Virus record (IMG/VR): IMGVR_UViG_3300044568_004725
Location: 1-29,475 of that record
DNA: 29,475 nucleotides
Source: a virus
Taxonomy: Duplodnaviria; Caudoviricetes
Direction: 5' to 3' (one strand)
Shown: positions 1 through 7,437 of the stretch, in pieces
Layout of the letters: the number at the start of each line of letters is the position of its first letter
How positions within the stretch are numbered: the first letter of the stretch is position 1
The notes under the pieces: model-generated
Databases searched by the model: none
What the model was told of the DNA's origin: nothing
The model's input: only the letters and a program-made list of their open reading frames with translations
Position numbers and translations under genes: made by a program

Positions 1-2
1 GT

Positions 3-122
3 GAAGTGTTCAAGCGTCAGCGTGCGATGGCGAACGATCTCCATCAGGAAAACCTCGGGTTCTGGCGCAAGCGGCCCGTCGTGATCGACTTCGGTTCGCA
101 TCTCATTGGTGAATGCTGCTAA
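3..122 (+). CDS. C-terminus of a putative protein kinase-like protein (5' truncated by window)
   Basis: Own translation: EVFKRQRAMANDLHQENLGFWRKRPVVIDFGSHLIGECC*. DLHxxN catalytic-loop motif followed by VVIDFG metal-binding motif. Confidence 0.6.
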   Translation, partial: EVFKRQRAMANDLHQENLGFWRKRPVVIDFGSHLIGECC

Positions 123-143
123 TCTCTTACAGAAAGAAACAAA

Positions 144-893
144 ATGACTACCTACTCTCTCGCCGTTCTCTCCAATCCCGCACCGTGCAACACCACTACG
201 GACATCGATCCGATTCATGATGGGTACGCCCACACTTTCGCCGATCAGCACCTCGCTGGCGCATCGTGGGATACGCTCAACGCTGTGACGGGCGGACTCT
301 CCGAACCGTCGAAGATGCCGGGTTTCGCCTATTCGATCAGCGCGAAGCGGTGCAATGTCGGTGCGAAGTTGCGTAACGTGAAGGGATCGACCTGCAATAA
401 GTGCTACGCGATGAAGGGTCGGTATGTGTTTCCGAACGTCGTGGAAGCGATGGAGCGTCGCTACCGTGCGATGCGCGTCAACTCCACCGCATGGGCTGCC
501 GGAATGATCGCCAGCATTCGCAAGACGGGAAAGACCTACTTCCGTTGGCACGACAGCGGAGACTTGCAGGGTATGAATCACCTCTTCGCAATCACTGTGA
601 TTGCGGAAGCGACTCCGAACGTGCAGCACTGGCTGCCGACCCGCGAGTATGCGTTGGTGCGTGAGTATCTGCGCCGCTACACCTCGTTTCCGCCCAATCT
701 CACGGTGCGCGTGAGTGCGCCGATGATTGGTGCAGTCGCAAGCGAATGGGAGAACAGCAGCAGCGTCGATGCTGTGCGTACTCCGCTCACCGCGTGGGTC
801 GATTGTCCTGCATCGAAGCAGGGAAACAAGTGCATGGATTGTCGCGCTTGTTGGGATAAGGATGTCGAAGTCGTTAACTACAAGAAGCACTAA
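144..893 (+). CDS. GP88-family phage protein (Cys-rich, probable Fe-S/metal-binding enzyme)
   Basis: Motifs C-x12-CxxCYA, YFRWHDSGD, HWLPTRE, NLTVRVS and C-terminal CPASKQGNKCMDCRACWD resemble gene-product-88 family proteins; purine-rich RBS-like sequence upstream. Confidence 0.7.
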   Translation: MTTYSLAVLSNPAPCNTTTDIDPIHDGYAHTFADQHLAGASWDTLNAVTGGLSEPSKMPGFAYSISAKRCNVGAKLRNVKGSTCNKCYAMKGRYVFPNVVEAMERRYRAMRVNSTAWAAGMIASIRKTGKTYFRWHDSGDLQGMNHLFAITVIAEATPNVQHWLPTREYALVREYLRRYTSFPPNLTVRVSAPMIGAVASEWENSSSVDAVRTPLTAWVDCPASKQGNKCMDCRACWDKDVEVVNYKKH

Positions 894-915
894 CTCTAAC
901 CAAAGGACTCACACA

Positions 916-1242
916 ATGAGCAACACCAACAACGCTACTGCCAATCACGAACCCGGAGGCGATTATGTCTTCTACACTCCGCCCACTACGCCAGAGGGGC
1001 ACCGCGATTACCGCGCCGAGATCACTCGGTGGAAGGAACAACACAAGCGGCACGAAACGCTGCACCGATACCCCATCGATGCGCTGATCATCATCGACAA
1101 CCTGCTCGATGCTCTCGACGGTGCGCGTAAGGAACTGGCGGAAGCTAAGTTCGAGCTCTCGGGTTCGGACGAACTCGTGGGTGATCTCGAAGCGCAGGTC
1201 GCCACTCTCATGCATCACTCCAACCGAAAGGAAAACGCCTAA
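916..1242 (+). CDS. hypothetical protein with C-terminal coiled coil
   Basis: AAGGA SD before ATG 916 (MSNTNNATAN...); codon usage like the neighbouring genes. The ORF-track extension to 727 overlaps GP88. Confidence 0.7.
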   Translation: MSNTNNATANHEPGGDYVFYTPPTTPEGHRDYRAEITRWKEQHKRHETLHRYPIDALIIIDNLLDALDGARKELAEAKFELSGSDELVGDLEAQVATLMHHSNRKENA

Positions 1243-1403
1243 TGAACACCAAGATCGAATCGAAGCGTTTCCGTCAGCACAAGTGGCGCGTTCGTAATCA
1301 GTGCTGCGTTGTGTGTGGCCGTACGCGCCCTTCAGACCTCATCATGATTTGCAACAAGTGCAAGGAAAGGAACTGGAATGCCGCAACCGAAGTTCGTGCA
1401 TGA
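1242..1403 (+). CDS. small Zn-finger protein (53 aa)
   Basis: TAATG coupling to previous ORF; MNTKIESKRFRQHKWRVRNQCCVVCGRTRPSDLIMICNKCKERNWNAATEVRA has CxxC-x11-CxxC. Confidence 0.6.
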   Translation: MNTKIESKRFRQHKWRVRNQCCVVCGRTRPSDLIMICNKCKERNWNAATEVRA

Positions 1404-1518
1404 CGCACTAGTGCAAGGTCAGCGACTCCGTGCAAAGACATGGGGAAAGAAGACCAAATGTCCCCGCGCTCTTCGACGCAAGATCAAACAAGATCTGCGT
1501 AAGTCACTGAGCGTGTAA
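1378..1518 (+). CDS. small basic hypothetical protein (46 aa)
   Basis: AAGGA SD upstream; MPQPKFVHDALVQGQRLRAKTWGKKTKCPRALRRKIKQDLRKSLSV; ends before terminator. Confidence 0.55.
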   Translation: MPQPKFVHDALVQGQRLRAKTWGKKTKCPRALRRKIKQDLRKSLSV

Positions 1519-1560
1519 CGAGTTCGCTCCATCCGTTAGTTCGCTAGCGGTAATGCTCAT

Positions 1561-1597
1561 ACCCTCACGATTGCATAACGCAGTCGTGGGGGTTTTT
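1561..1597 (+). terminator. intrinsic terminator ending the GC-rich operon
   Basis: Stem ACCCTCACGATTGC / GCAGTCGTGGGGGT (with G-U pairs), 5-nt loop, T-tract. Confidence 0.8.
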
Positions 1598-1650
1598 CGT
1601 TTCCATGTGTCGGGTGTCACGCTCTAGACAGGTCACAAAACAGTGTTTTC

Positions 1651-1840
1651 AGGAAATGGGGTCCCCCCTGTGCAGGCGCTAGCGGAATAAAGCCGGCAAA
1701 GTCCCAAAAAGACCCCCACCCCTTCTCCAAGGAATCCTAGAAAAATAGGGTCCCCCCTATGATTCCCATTAAAAAAGAATTCTTACAGGAATTTCTTATA
1801 GGAATCCTAGAAAAAGGGGACCCCTATTTGGAGTCCCCTT
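1651..1840. repeat. non-coding repeat cluster at the GC/AT junction
   Basis: AGGAATCCTAGAAAAA at 1730-1745 and 1800-1815; GGGTCCCCCCT at 1659-1669 and 1748-1758; further degenerate A(G/A)GAAT(T)TCTTA and G(A/T)CCC motifs. Confidence 0.75.
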
Positions 1841-1862
1841 CTGAAAAAAATCTTATTTACTC

Positions 1863-2153
1863 TTAAACAGGGACCTGTGATGTATTCTCACCTGGCCACT
1901 CCCGAGGAACCCCCGGTGGCGGCGCTTGAGTGTCTGGATAATCGTCAGTAGGCAATTGATATAGGCTTCCACCATGTGTATACAGCTCGCGTCTACTTAC
2001 CCTAGTCGGTGGTGGGGTCTTTGGTGGTTTTATAGATCCGGGAGTAACTACATTTTTTCCGCCACTATTAGGATAAGGTAGCCAAGGTGACAAAGCAGGC
2101 CCCCATGGACTGTTCCGTCCAGACTCTAAAATATATTGCTTAAATGTTTTCAT
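1863..2153 (-). CDS. Pro-rich protein with capsid-targeting-like N-terminus (putative internal head protein)
   Basis: Start at 2153 gives MKTFKQYILE, resembling T4 internal-protein leader peptides; TATATATA upstream. Confidence 0.65.
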   Translation of the reverse strand: MKTFKQYILESGRNSPWGPALSPWLPYPNSGGKNVVTPGSIKPPKTPPPTRVSRRELYTHGGSLYQLPTDDYPDTQAPPPGVPREWPGENTSQVPV

Positions 2154-2173
2154 TTGTATGCTTTCGTTACTTT

Positions 2174-2181
2174 TATATATA
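2174..2181. promoter_or_regulatory. palindromic T4-late-like promoter TATATATA between divergent genes
   Basis: One mismatch from TATAAATA, self-complementary, 20 nt from both divergent ATGs (2153 minus, 2202 plus). Confidence 0.45.
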
Positions 2182-2201
2182 TTCAAATACAAGGAGACAC
2201 A

Positions 2202-2342
2202 ATGTTAGATAAGATTAAAAACATCGTCAAGGATATTCAGCCTACCACATGGATTTTGATTGCAGTAGGCGTCTTGGCGGCGATTGCATTGATTGCCGTT
2301 TCACAACACGCACCCACCGTTCCGGCGGAAATCGTAAAGTAA
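2202..2342 (+). CDS. small single-TM membrane protein (46 aa)
   Basis: AAGGAG SD; hydrophobic segment WILIAVGVLAAIALIAVS. Confidence 0.7.
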   Translation: MLDKIKNIVKDIQPTTWILIAVGVLAAIALIAVSQHAPTVPAEIVK

Positions 2343-2363
2343 AAAAAATAAAGGAAAACACAC

Positions 2364-2687
2364 ATGGATCATCTCTTTCATAAAAACATTCTACAAGAAA
2401 AACATAACCTCGAATGGCAATTAGCAGAGGCAAATGCTAAGATCGAACAATTAAAAAGAACAATTTCTTCCCTACAAGAGAAGAAGCAAACCATACCAAC
2501 TTGGAAGCCTTATAAGAATGCTCCCGGTTATCCAGAACCAGTCCAAGGCAAAGATGGTAGATGGTACAGTCCAAACCCAAAGCCAGAGTCAGATGAACCA
2601 GCAATTGATTATCCAGAGGGAGAAGAGCCAGAGTTCCCCCATGTGCAGCCAGGCGATATAGCTCCTTCCCATCCTGAGCGTGGATGA
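2364..2687 (+). CDS. hypothetical protein (coiled coil plus Pro/Glu-rich tail)
   Basis: AAGGA SD; heptad-like N-terminal half containing LQE/LAE motifs. Confidence 0.75.
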   Translation: MDHLFHKNILQEKHNLEWQLAEANAKIEQLKRTISSLQEKKQTIPTWKPYKNAPGYPEPVQGKDGRWYSPNPKPESDEPAIDYPEGEEPEFPHVQPGDIAPSHPERG

Positions 2688-2727
2688 ATCGGAGTCAAAA
2701 AAATTTAAAGGAAAACTGAAAAGTCAT

Positions 2728-2751
2728 CCCCCCGTAACTGGGGGGTTTTTA
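2728..2751 (+). terminator. intrinsic terminator; left copy of 24-bp inverted repeat
   Basis: CCCCCC-GTAACT-GGGGGG-TTTTTA. Confidence 0.8.
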
Positions 2752-2754
2752 GTT

Positions 2755-2762
2755 TATAAATA
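2755..2762 (+). promoter_or_regulatory. T4-type late promoter TATAAATA
   Basis: Exact consensus, 5 nt upstream of ATG 2768. Confidence 0.75.
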
Positions 2763-2767
2763 TTACC

Positions 2768-3619
2768 ATGAAAACATTTAAGCAATTTCTAGCAGAAGAC
2801 ATGCCCATTCTTCAAGGCGGCGGCCGCGCGCCAGGATATGATTATTCTAGAAGAATACAAGTGCCTCGGAATATTGGAAAAATAGGACCATATACCGTCT
2901 GGCATCACGAAGAACACCCTGAAGCAGGCGAGGAAGCAGTGAGCGTTCATTATAAAGATAAACAAATCGGTGTAGTTCCATTGGCCCACGCAGGCACTTT
3001 TCAAGGAAAAAGATTAGTACAGTCATCAAATCCATCATTTGATACTGCTCATAGAGGCAAAAAAGCAAAAGTTAGAAATTTAGTTCCAAAAGTCTATGGA
3101 ATGATTGCAGATAAAGTTGCGGCATTAGAAAGCGGCGATTATCAAACAGACGGTTCTAAATCTGTATGGAAACGCTTATCAAAGATGAGGCCAATTCGTA
3201 TTCGCAATATTGGAGGATCTAGTAGTGTCTCGCATCATACACACAAAGAACATCCAAAGTTAAAAATGGAGGGTGGAACCTTTAAAGATTATTCGTATTC
3301 TTATAGAAATACCATTGATGCTGCAAGAGAATCCAAAGAAAGACCTCGTAGTGAAAAAGCGCGTAGAGCACTAGATCGAAATATAGGTTATTTAAAAAAT
3401 AGATTGGCAGATGGAGGAATGGATTGGAGCAAACTTCGTCGCATGTCCGAATTGCGACATTTCCCACATCCAAGAACATTTGCTAAAACTACTAGTAAGA
3501 TAAATTCACAGCAAAGATATAGTCCAGAAAAACACGATTCCGTTGTGTATAGTGATGTCCAAGGAGATGCATTTACTTTAGTAGCAACTCCAAGAGGAAA
3601 AGGAAAGAAAAAGAAATGA
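2768..3619 (+). CDS. basic protein with capsid-targeting-like leader and a GNAT-like segment
   Basis: N-terminus MKTFKQFLAE; segment AHRGK...LVPKVYGMIADKVAALESGDYQTDGSKSVWKRL resembles phage acetyltransferase-like domains. Confidence 0.7.
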   Translation: MKTFKQFLAEDMPILQGGGRAPGYDYSRRIQVPRNIGKIGPYTVWHHEEHPEAGEEAVSVHYKDKQIGVVPLAHAGTFQGKRLVQSSNPSFDTAHRGKKAKVRNLVPKVYGMIADKVAALESGDYQTDGSKSVWKRLSKMRPIRIRNIGGSSSVSHHTHKEHPKLKMEGGTFKDYSYSYRNTIDAARESKERPRSEKARRALDRNIGYLKNRLADGGMDWSKLRRMSELRHFPHPRTFAKTTSKINSQQRYSPEKHDSVVYSDVQGDAFTLVATPRGKGKKKK

Positions 3620-3735
3620 AAAGTTTTAAAAAATTTCTTAAAGAGGCTTGCTGGGATGGATATGTAGCAAAGGGTACTAAAAATAAAAAAGGACGTAGAG
3701 TTCCTAATTGTGTACCTGTTAAAAAAGAAAAATAA
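3616..3735 (+). CDS. 39-aa protein with capsid-targeting-like leader and CWxGY...VPNCVP motif
   Basis: ATGA overlap with upstream stop; MKSFKKFLKEACWDGYVAKGTKNKKGRRVPNCVPVKKEK. Not in the ORF track (too short). Confidence 0.7.
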   Translation: MKSFKKFLKEACWDGYVAKGTKNKKGRRVPNCVPVKKEK

Positions 3736-3739
3736 TCAT

Positions 3740-4798
3740 ATGAAATCGTTTATCAATTATTTAAGAGAAGCAAAGTTAGAACCGGGTGGTCCTGATCTAG
3801 GAAAACTATTTGGTGCAAAGGGTAAGTTCTCCCCTAAAGCAAAAGATGCACCAAAAGAAGCAACTGCATTTCAAAGATCTGCGGGGCGTATGGGCCTTGG
3901 TAAATTCAATGCAATGATTCAAGGCTTATTTGGACCATCAACAGGTGATGTCAAAGAACCGGAAACAAAATCACATGTAGATATTCTCCGCGATAAACTT
4001 CGTGATGCTGGCAAAGAAATGAAAAAGAGGGATGTTACACCAGATCTTCAAAAGAAGATTGATGCTGTAAAGGGTATGCGCGGAAAGAAGAAAGATGGTA
4101 TTGTTGGAAAAATTAGTTCTTTTTTTAATCATACAGCAGAGGGCGCTCAGGGTAAACTTCCAAAGTACATTGCTGCTAGTTTGGATGATCATTTGGCCAG
4201 ACTTCATAATGGTTTCTTCTCAGACAATAAAAGAAGACCAACGCAACAAGAAGCATCAAAGATGGCACATGAAGTCGTTGATGATCACTTTGCTGGAGTA
4301 CAACGAAGATTAAAGATAGCAAAACTCACCAGTAAATCAGGTAAACCAGTTAAGATTACTCATTTTGAAAATATGAGAGAAAATCCACATGCACATTATG
4401 GACCATTTGGACAAGCAATGAAGCAAGTCGATGACTCCGGTCCTATGGCAGACGGAAGACATCTTGTTGTTCATGTTGATCATCACCACACTGGTATTTA
4501 CAACATAAACAACGATCATCGACATGCTAGTCATATTGCAAAACAATTGAAAACAACAACTGGGCACGATTGGTTCCATGTTCCTTACAGCGAAGGAGTA
4601 ACGATTCGTGGAAAGAAAGTTGTATTCCGTGGAAATAAAAGCAGTCCAATGATGTTTTCAACCAGCATGACACACCGTGATATTGATCTCGGTGACGGTG
4701 ACCACGACGGTGATGGAGGAGATGATAACGGTGGACCAGATGAGCCAATGCCAATTGTTCCACGGGGTCCAAGAGGTAAAAAACCTCAGTTAGTCTAA
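3740..4798 (+). CDS. Lys/His-rich protein with capsid-targeting-like leader (putative internal head protein)
   Basis: Start at 3740 gives MKSFINYLREA; long ORF ending just before a terminator. Confidence 0.75.
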   Translation: MKSFINYLREAKLEPGGPDLGKLFGAKGKFSPKAKDAPKEATAFQRSAGRMGLGKFNAMIQGLFGPSTGDVKEPETKSHVDILRDKLRDAGKEMKKRDVTPDLQKKIDAVKGMRGKKKDGIVGKISSFFNHTAEGAQGKLPKYIAASLDDHLARLHNGFFSDNKRRPTQQEASKMAHEVVDDHFAGVQRRLKIAKLTSKSGKPVKITHFENMRENPHAHYGPFGQAMKQVDDSGPMADGRHLVVHVDHHHTGIYNINNDHRHASHIAKQLKTTTGHDWFHVPYSEGVTIRGKKVVFRGNKSSPMMFSTSMTHRDIDLGDGDHDGDGGDDNGGPDEPMPIVPRGPRGKKPQLV

Positions 4799-4803
4799 GA
4801 ATA

Positions 4804-4832
4804 TAAAAACCCCCCAGTTACGGGGGGTTTTT
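4804..4832. terminator. bidirectional terminator; right copy of 24-bp inverted repeat
   Basis: AAAAA-CCCCCC-AGTTAC-GGGGGG-TTTTT between convergent genes. Confidence 0.85.
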
Positions 4833-4855
4833 GTTTATCAACCATAAACTATTGC

Positions 4856-5212
4856 TTAGTATGCAATGTAAGATAATGTTACGCCGTCTGTTACGGTTCC
4901 ACTTGTTGTTTTAACCATGATTACATTTAAATCATTTGTTTTAAAGAATACATCTTGTGCTGTTGAAAGAACGAATCCGTCCGTGTTCGCAGAATTAGCT
5001 GTTCCTCCAGTTAAACCAAAAATGGAAATGACAGGAAGTACAGTAGACGCGGTGGCTCCGGCATTGCGTATTTGAACACCTTCTTTTAGACTGACTGATC
5101 TTCCTGCGGTGGTTGCGCCAGAACTTGGATTTATTAAATACTTCCATCCCGAGACTGTATTGCCTCCGGTTATTCCTACTGTTCTAATTGCTACTGGGTT
5201 TCTAAATGGCAT
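4856..5212 (-). CDS. small beta-rich putative virion protein
   Basis: Gly/Thr-rich; SD (AAGGAAGAGG) and late promoter upstream on minus strand; resembles C-terminal domain of 14476-15744. Confidence 0.7.
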   Translation of the reverse strand: MPFRNPVAIRTVGITGGNTVSGWKYLINPSSGATTAGRSVSLKEGVQIRNAGATASTVLPVISIFGLTGGTANSANTDGFVLSTAQDVFFKTNDLNVIMVKTTSGTVTDGVTLSYIAY

Positions 5213-5232
5213 ATTGGTTCCTCTTCCTTTAT

Positions 5233-5246
5233 ATATTTATAAATAT
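5233..5246. promoter_or_regulatory. overlapping divergent late promoters
   Basis: Perfect palindrome ATATTTATAAATAT: TATAAATA on plus (5238-5245) and on minus (5241-5234). Confidence 0.75.
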
Positions 5247-5259
5247 CTATGGAGTATTT

Positions 5260-5451
5260 ATGAATTTCAAAGATCTACGAGTAAAATTAAAAGAAATGAC
5301 TAGTAATCTAGAAGAGAAGTGGGTAGAATACAACTTCAATTTTGGTGAAGATAAAGCAGAAGGTAAACGAATAAATAAAAAGAATCGTAAAAGATTTGGT
5401 CAACCTTCAACTCTTCCCGGAGAAACAAATGCCCCCAATCAAGAGAATTAA
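5260..5451 (+). CDS. small late protein (63 aa)
   Basis: GGAG SD; MNFKDLRVKLKE..., a degenerate capsid-targeting-like start. Confidence 0.65.
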   Translation: MNFKDLRVKLKEMTSNLEEKWVEYNFNFGEDKAEGKRINKKNRKRFGQPSTLPGETNAPNQEN

Positions 5452-5752
5452 TAGAGAAGTAGTAGTAAAATCACTTTTAAAGGGAACATGTAAGGTGGTT
5501 TTCCGAAAAGTAACAGATGGTAGATTTAGGGCAATGTATTGCACACTAGATCGAAAATCGTTACCAAACAATACCGGAAGGTATATCAAGAATATCATGA
5601 TGCCTTCTTCAGAAGAAGATCTTGATTTGGTTCCCGTTTATGATATAATCAAGAGAGACTGGAGAAGTTTCCGTTTACAGAATGTTGAATATTTTTACGA
5701 CACTAAAGAATTAATCCAAAGAAAGGAAATTGAAGATGAAGATCGTGAATAA
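5429..5752 (+). CDS. WYL_2/DUF2693-like SH3-barrel protein
   Basis: KVVFRKVTDGRFRAMYCTL...VPVYDIIKRDWRSFRLQNV pattern typical of this T4-like family; GGAG SD before ATG 5429. Confidence 0.75.
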   Translation: MPPIKRINREVVVKSLLKGTCKVVFRKVTDGRFRAMYCTLDRKSLPNNTGRYIKNIMMPSSEEDLDLVPVYDIIKRDWRSFRLQNVEYFYDTKELIQRKEIEDEDRE

Positions 5753-6086
5753 CACAGGCGCCGATACAGAAAACATTTTAAATGGTTCTATGGTTTTTGA
5801 GGCAGAATTGTTCCATAGTGGAATTAATCCTAAGATTTCGTTTTTCAGAGACTCTGAAGGAAATACAAATCTTAATTTCAAAAATTGGGACACATTAGAA
5901 GCAATTGATTCTGTGACTCCTGATCAGGCAGAAGAAATGGTGAATACCTTGGTCGAAGCAATTAATTTTGCTCGTCATTATGTGCATGAACAAGAAGATC
6001 TGTTTACCGCTTTATATAATCAACCACAGGAGATAGCAAATGTTCAGTCGAACCAATCAACAGGCGGAGAAACCCAAAGAGGATGA
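5730..6086 (+). CDS. hypothetical protein
   Basis: AAGGA SD; overlaps neighbours in operon fashion; start is TTG 5730 or ATG 5736. Confidence 0.65.
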   Translation: MKMKIVNNTGADTENILNGSMVFEAELFHSGINPKISFFRDSEGNTNLNFKNWDTLEAIDSVTPDQAEEMVNTLVEAINFARHYVHEQEDLFTALYNQPQEIANVQSNQSTGGETQRG

Positions 6087-6237
6087 ATTTTGCCCAAAAC
6101 TCATAGAACTATCGGCCGACGCTGTGCTTTCCTATGAGAAATATCTTTTGGACAAAATTGATCACAAACAACTTGCAAAGACAATGAAAACTTTGCGCGA
6201 ACATATAGAAAAAACAAAACAGAATTTTTTCAAATAA
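6040..6237 (+). CDS. hypothetical protein
   Basis: AGGAG SD; 65-aa helical ORF. Confidence 0.65.
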   Translation: MFSRTNQQAEKPKEDEFCPKLIELSADAVLSYEKYLLDKIDHKQLAKTMKTLREHIEKTKQNFFK

Positions 6238-6248
6238 TTTTTTATATT

Positions 6249-7268
6249 ATGCATATTGATAATGAAATCAAACTTGATTATAGTGATGTTTTAATTCGCC
6301 CAAAGCGTTCAAGACTAAATTCACGAGCTGAAGTTAAAATCACCCGTGAATTTAGATTTCCACATTCGTCGCAAACATGGACAGGTGTTCCTCTCATGGC
6401 GGCAAATATGGATACCACAGGTACAATAGAGATGGCAAATGCATTATCACAAATGCAGGCAATCACATGTCTTCATAAATATGTGACTAAGGACGAAGTA
6501 CCACTACTAAACGATAAGAATTTTGTTGCTCTTAGTTGTGGGTTGGATAATCCGAGCATAAATTACCTTCATGGAAATTTTGACAAGGGATTTAAGTTTA
6601 TTTGTTTGGATGTTGCAAATGGATATTCTGAAAGATTTATCGATCTAGTAAAGGACATGAGAAAAATATGGAACAATGCAATTATAATAGCAGGAAATGT
6701 AGTGACTGCCGAAATGACGGAGGCCTTGATTTTGGCTGGGGCGGATATAGTGAAGGTTGGTATTGGCCCTGGCAGCGTTTGCACAACAAGGAAGATAACA
6801 GGAGTTGGATATCCACAACTATCCGCAGTCATAGAGTGCTCAGACGCGGCCCACGGTCTTGGCGGGCATATCGTAGCAGACGGTGGCTGCACTTGTCCCG
6901 GAGATGTAGCGAAAGCGTTTGCGGCGGGGGCGGATTTTGTAATGCTTGGTGGAATGCTAGCAGGTACAGACGAATCTGGAGCAGAGAAGGTTACAGATTC
7001 ATCTGGCGTAGTTAAAAAGAGATTCTACGGCATGTCATCAAAAGAAGCGATGAATCGGTATTCGGGTGGCGTAGCAAATTATAGAGCGGCAGAGGGTAAG
7101 TCTGTAGAAATTGAGTATTCTGGTCCAGTTCATGGTGTTGTAGATGAAATTTTGGGCGGGATACGATCTGCCTGCACATATGTAGGTGCAAAGAGTATCA
7201 AGGACTTGCCGAAGTGTACTACTTTTGTAAGAGTGAATCGTCAGTTAAATACAATTTTTGGAGGTTAA
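6249..7268 (+). CDS. guaC: GMP reductase
   Basis: [74 protein letters not shown]; no CBS domains. Confidence 0.95.
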   Translation: MHIDNEIKLDYSDVLIRPKRSRLNSRAEVKITREFRFPHSSQTWTGVPLMAANMDTTGTIEMANALSQMQAITCLHKYVTKDEVPLLNDKNFVALSCGLDNPSINYLHGNFDKGFKFICLDVANGYSERFIDLVKDMRKIWNNAIIIAGNVVTAEMTEALILAGADIVKVGIGPGSVCTTRKITGVGYPQLSAVIECSDAAHGLGGHIVADGGCTCPGDVAKAFAAGADFVMLGGMLAGTDESGAEKVTDSSGVVKKRFYGMSSKEAMNRYSGGVANYRAAEGKSVEIEYSGPVHGVVDEILGGIRSACTYVGAKSIKDLPKCTTFVRVNRQLNTIFGG

Positions 7269-7269
7269 T

Positions 7270-7437
7270 ATGAATAGCAATGGAAGAAAAATGAAGTTGA
7301 AGAAGTCGCATAGAATGAAGTTGAAGAAGACAAAAATGCAACTACAATTATTGAATGCGAAAAAGAAGACACTTGAACTATTGGATCGTGATGGCAAGTT
7401 GCCACTAATTGTCAAGAAACAAAAGTTACGGTCATGA
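7270..7437 (+). CDS. small very basic protein (55 aa)
   Basis: GGAGG SD; MNSNGRKMKLKKSHRMKLKKTKMQLQLL...; ATGA coupling with next gene. Confidence 0.6.
   Translation: MNSNGRKMKLKKSHRMKLKKTKMQLQLLNAKKKTLELLDRDGKLPLIVKKQKLRS

Noticed and set aside
2728-4827. IS element or transposon suggested by terminal inverted repeats
   Set aside because: No transposase motif in the enclosed ORFs and no target-site duplication seen; kept only as a cassette hypothesis.
6249-7268. IMP dehydrogenase (guaB) call
   Set aside because: [19 protein letters not shown] and FYGMSS motifs, the length and the lack of CBS domains fit GMP reductase.
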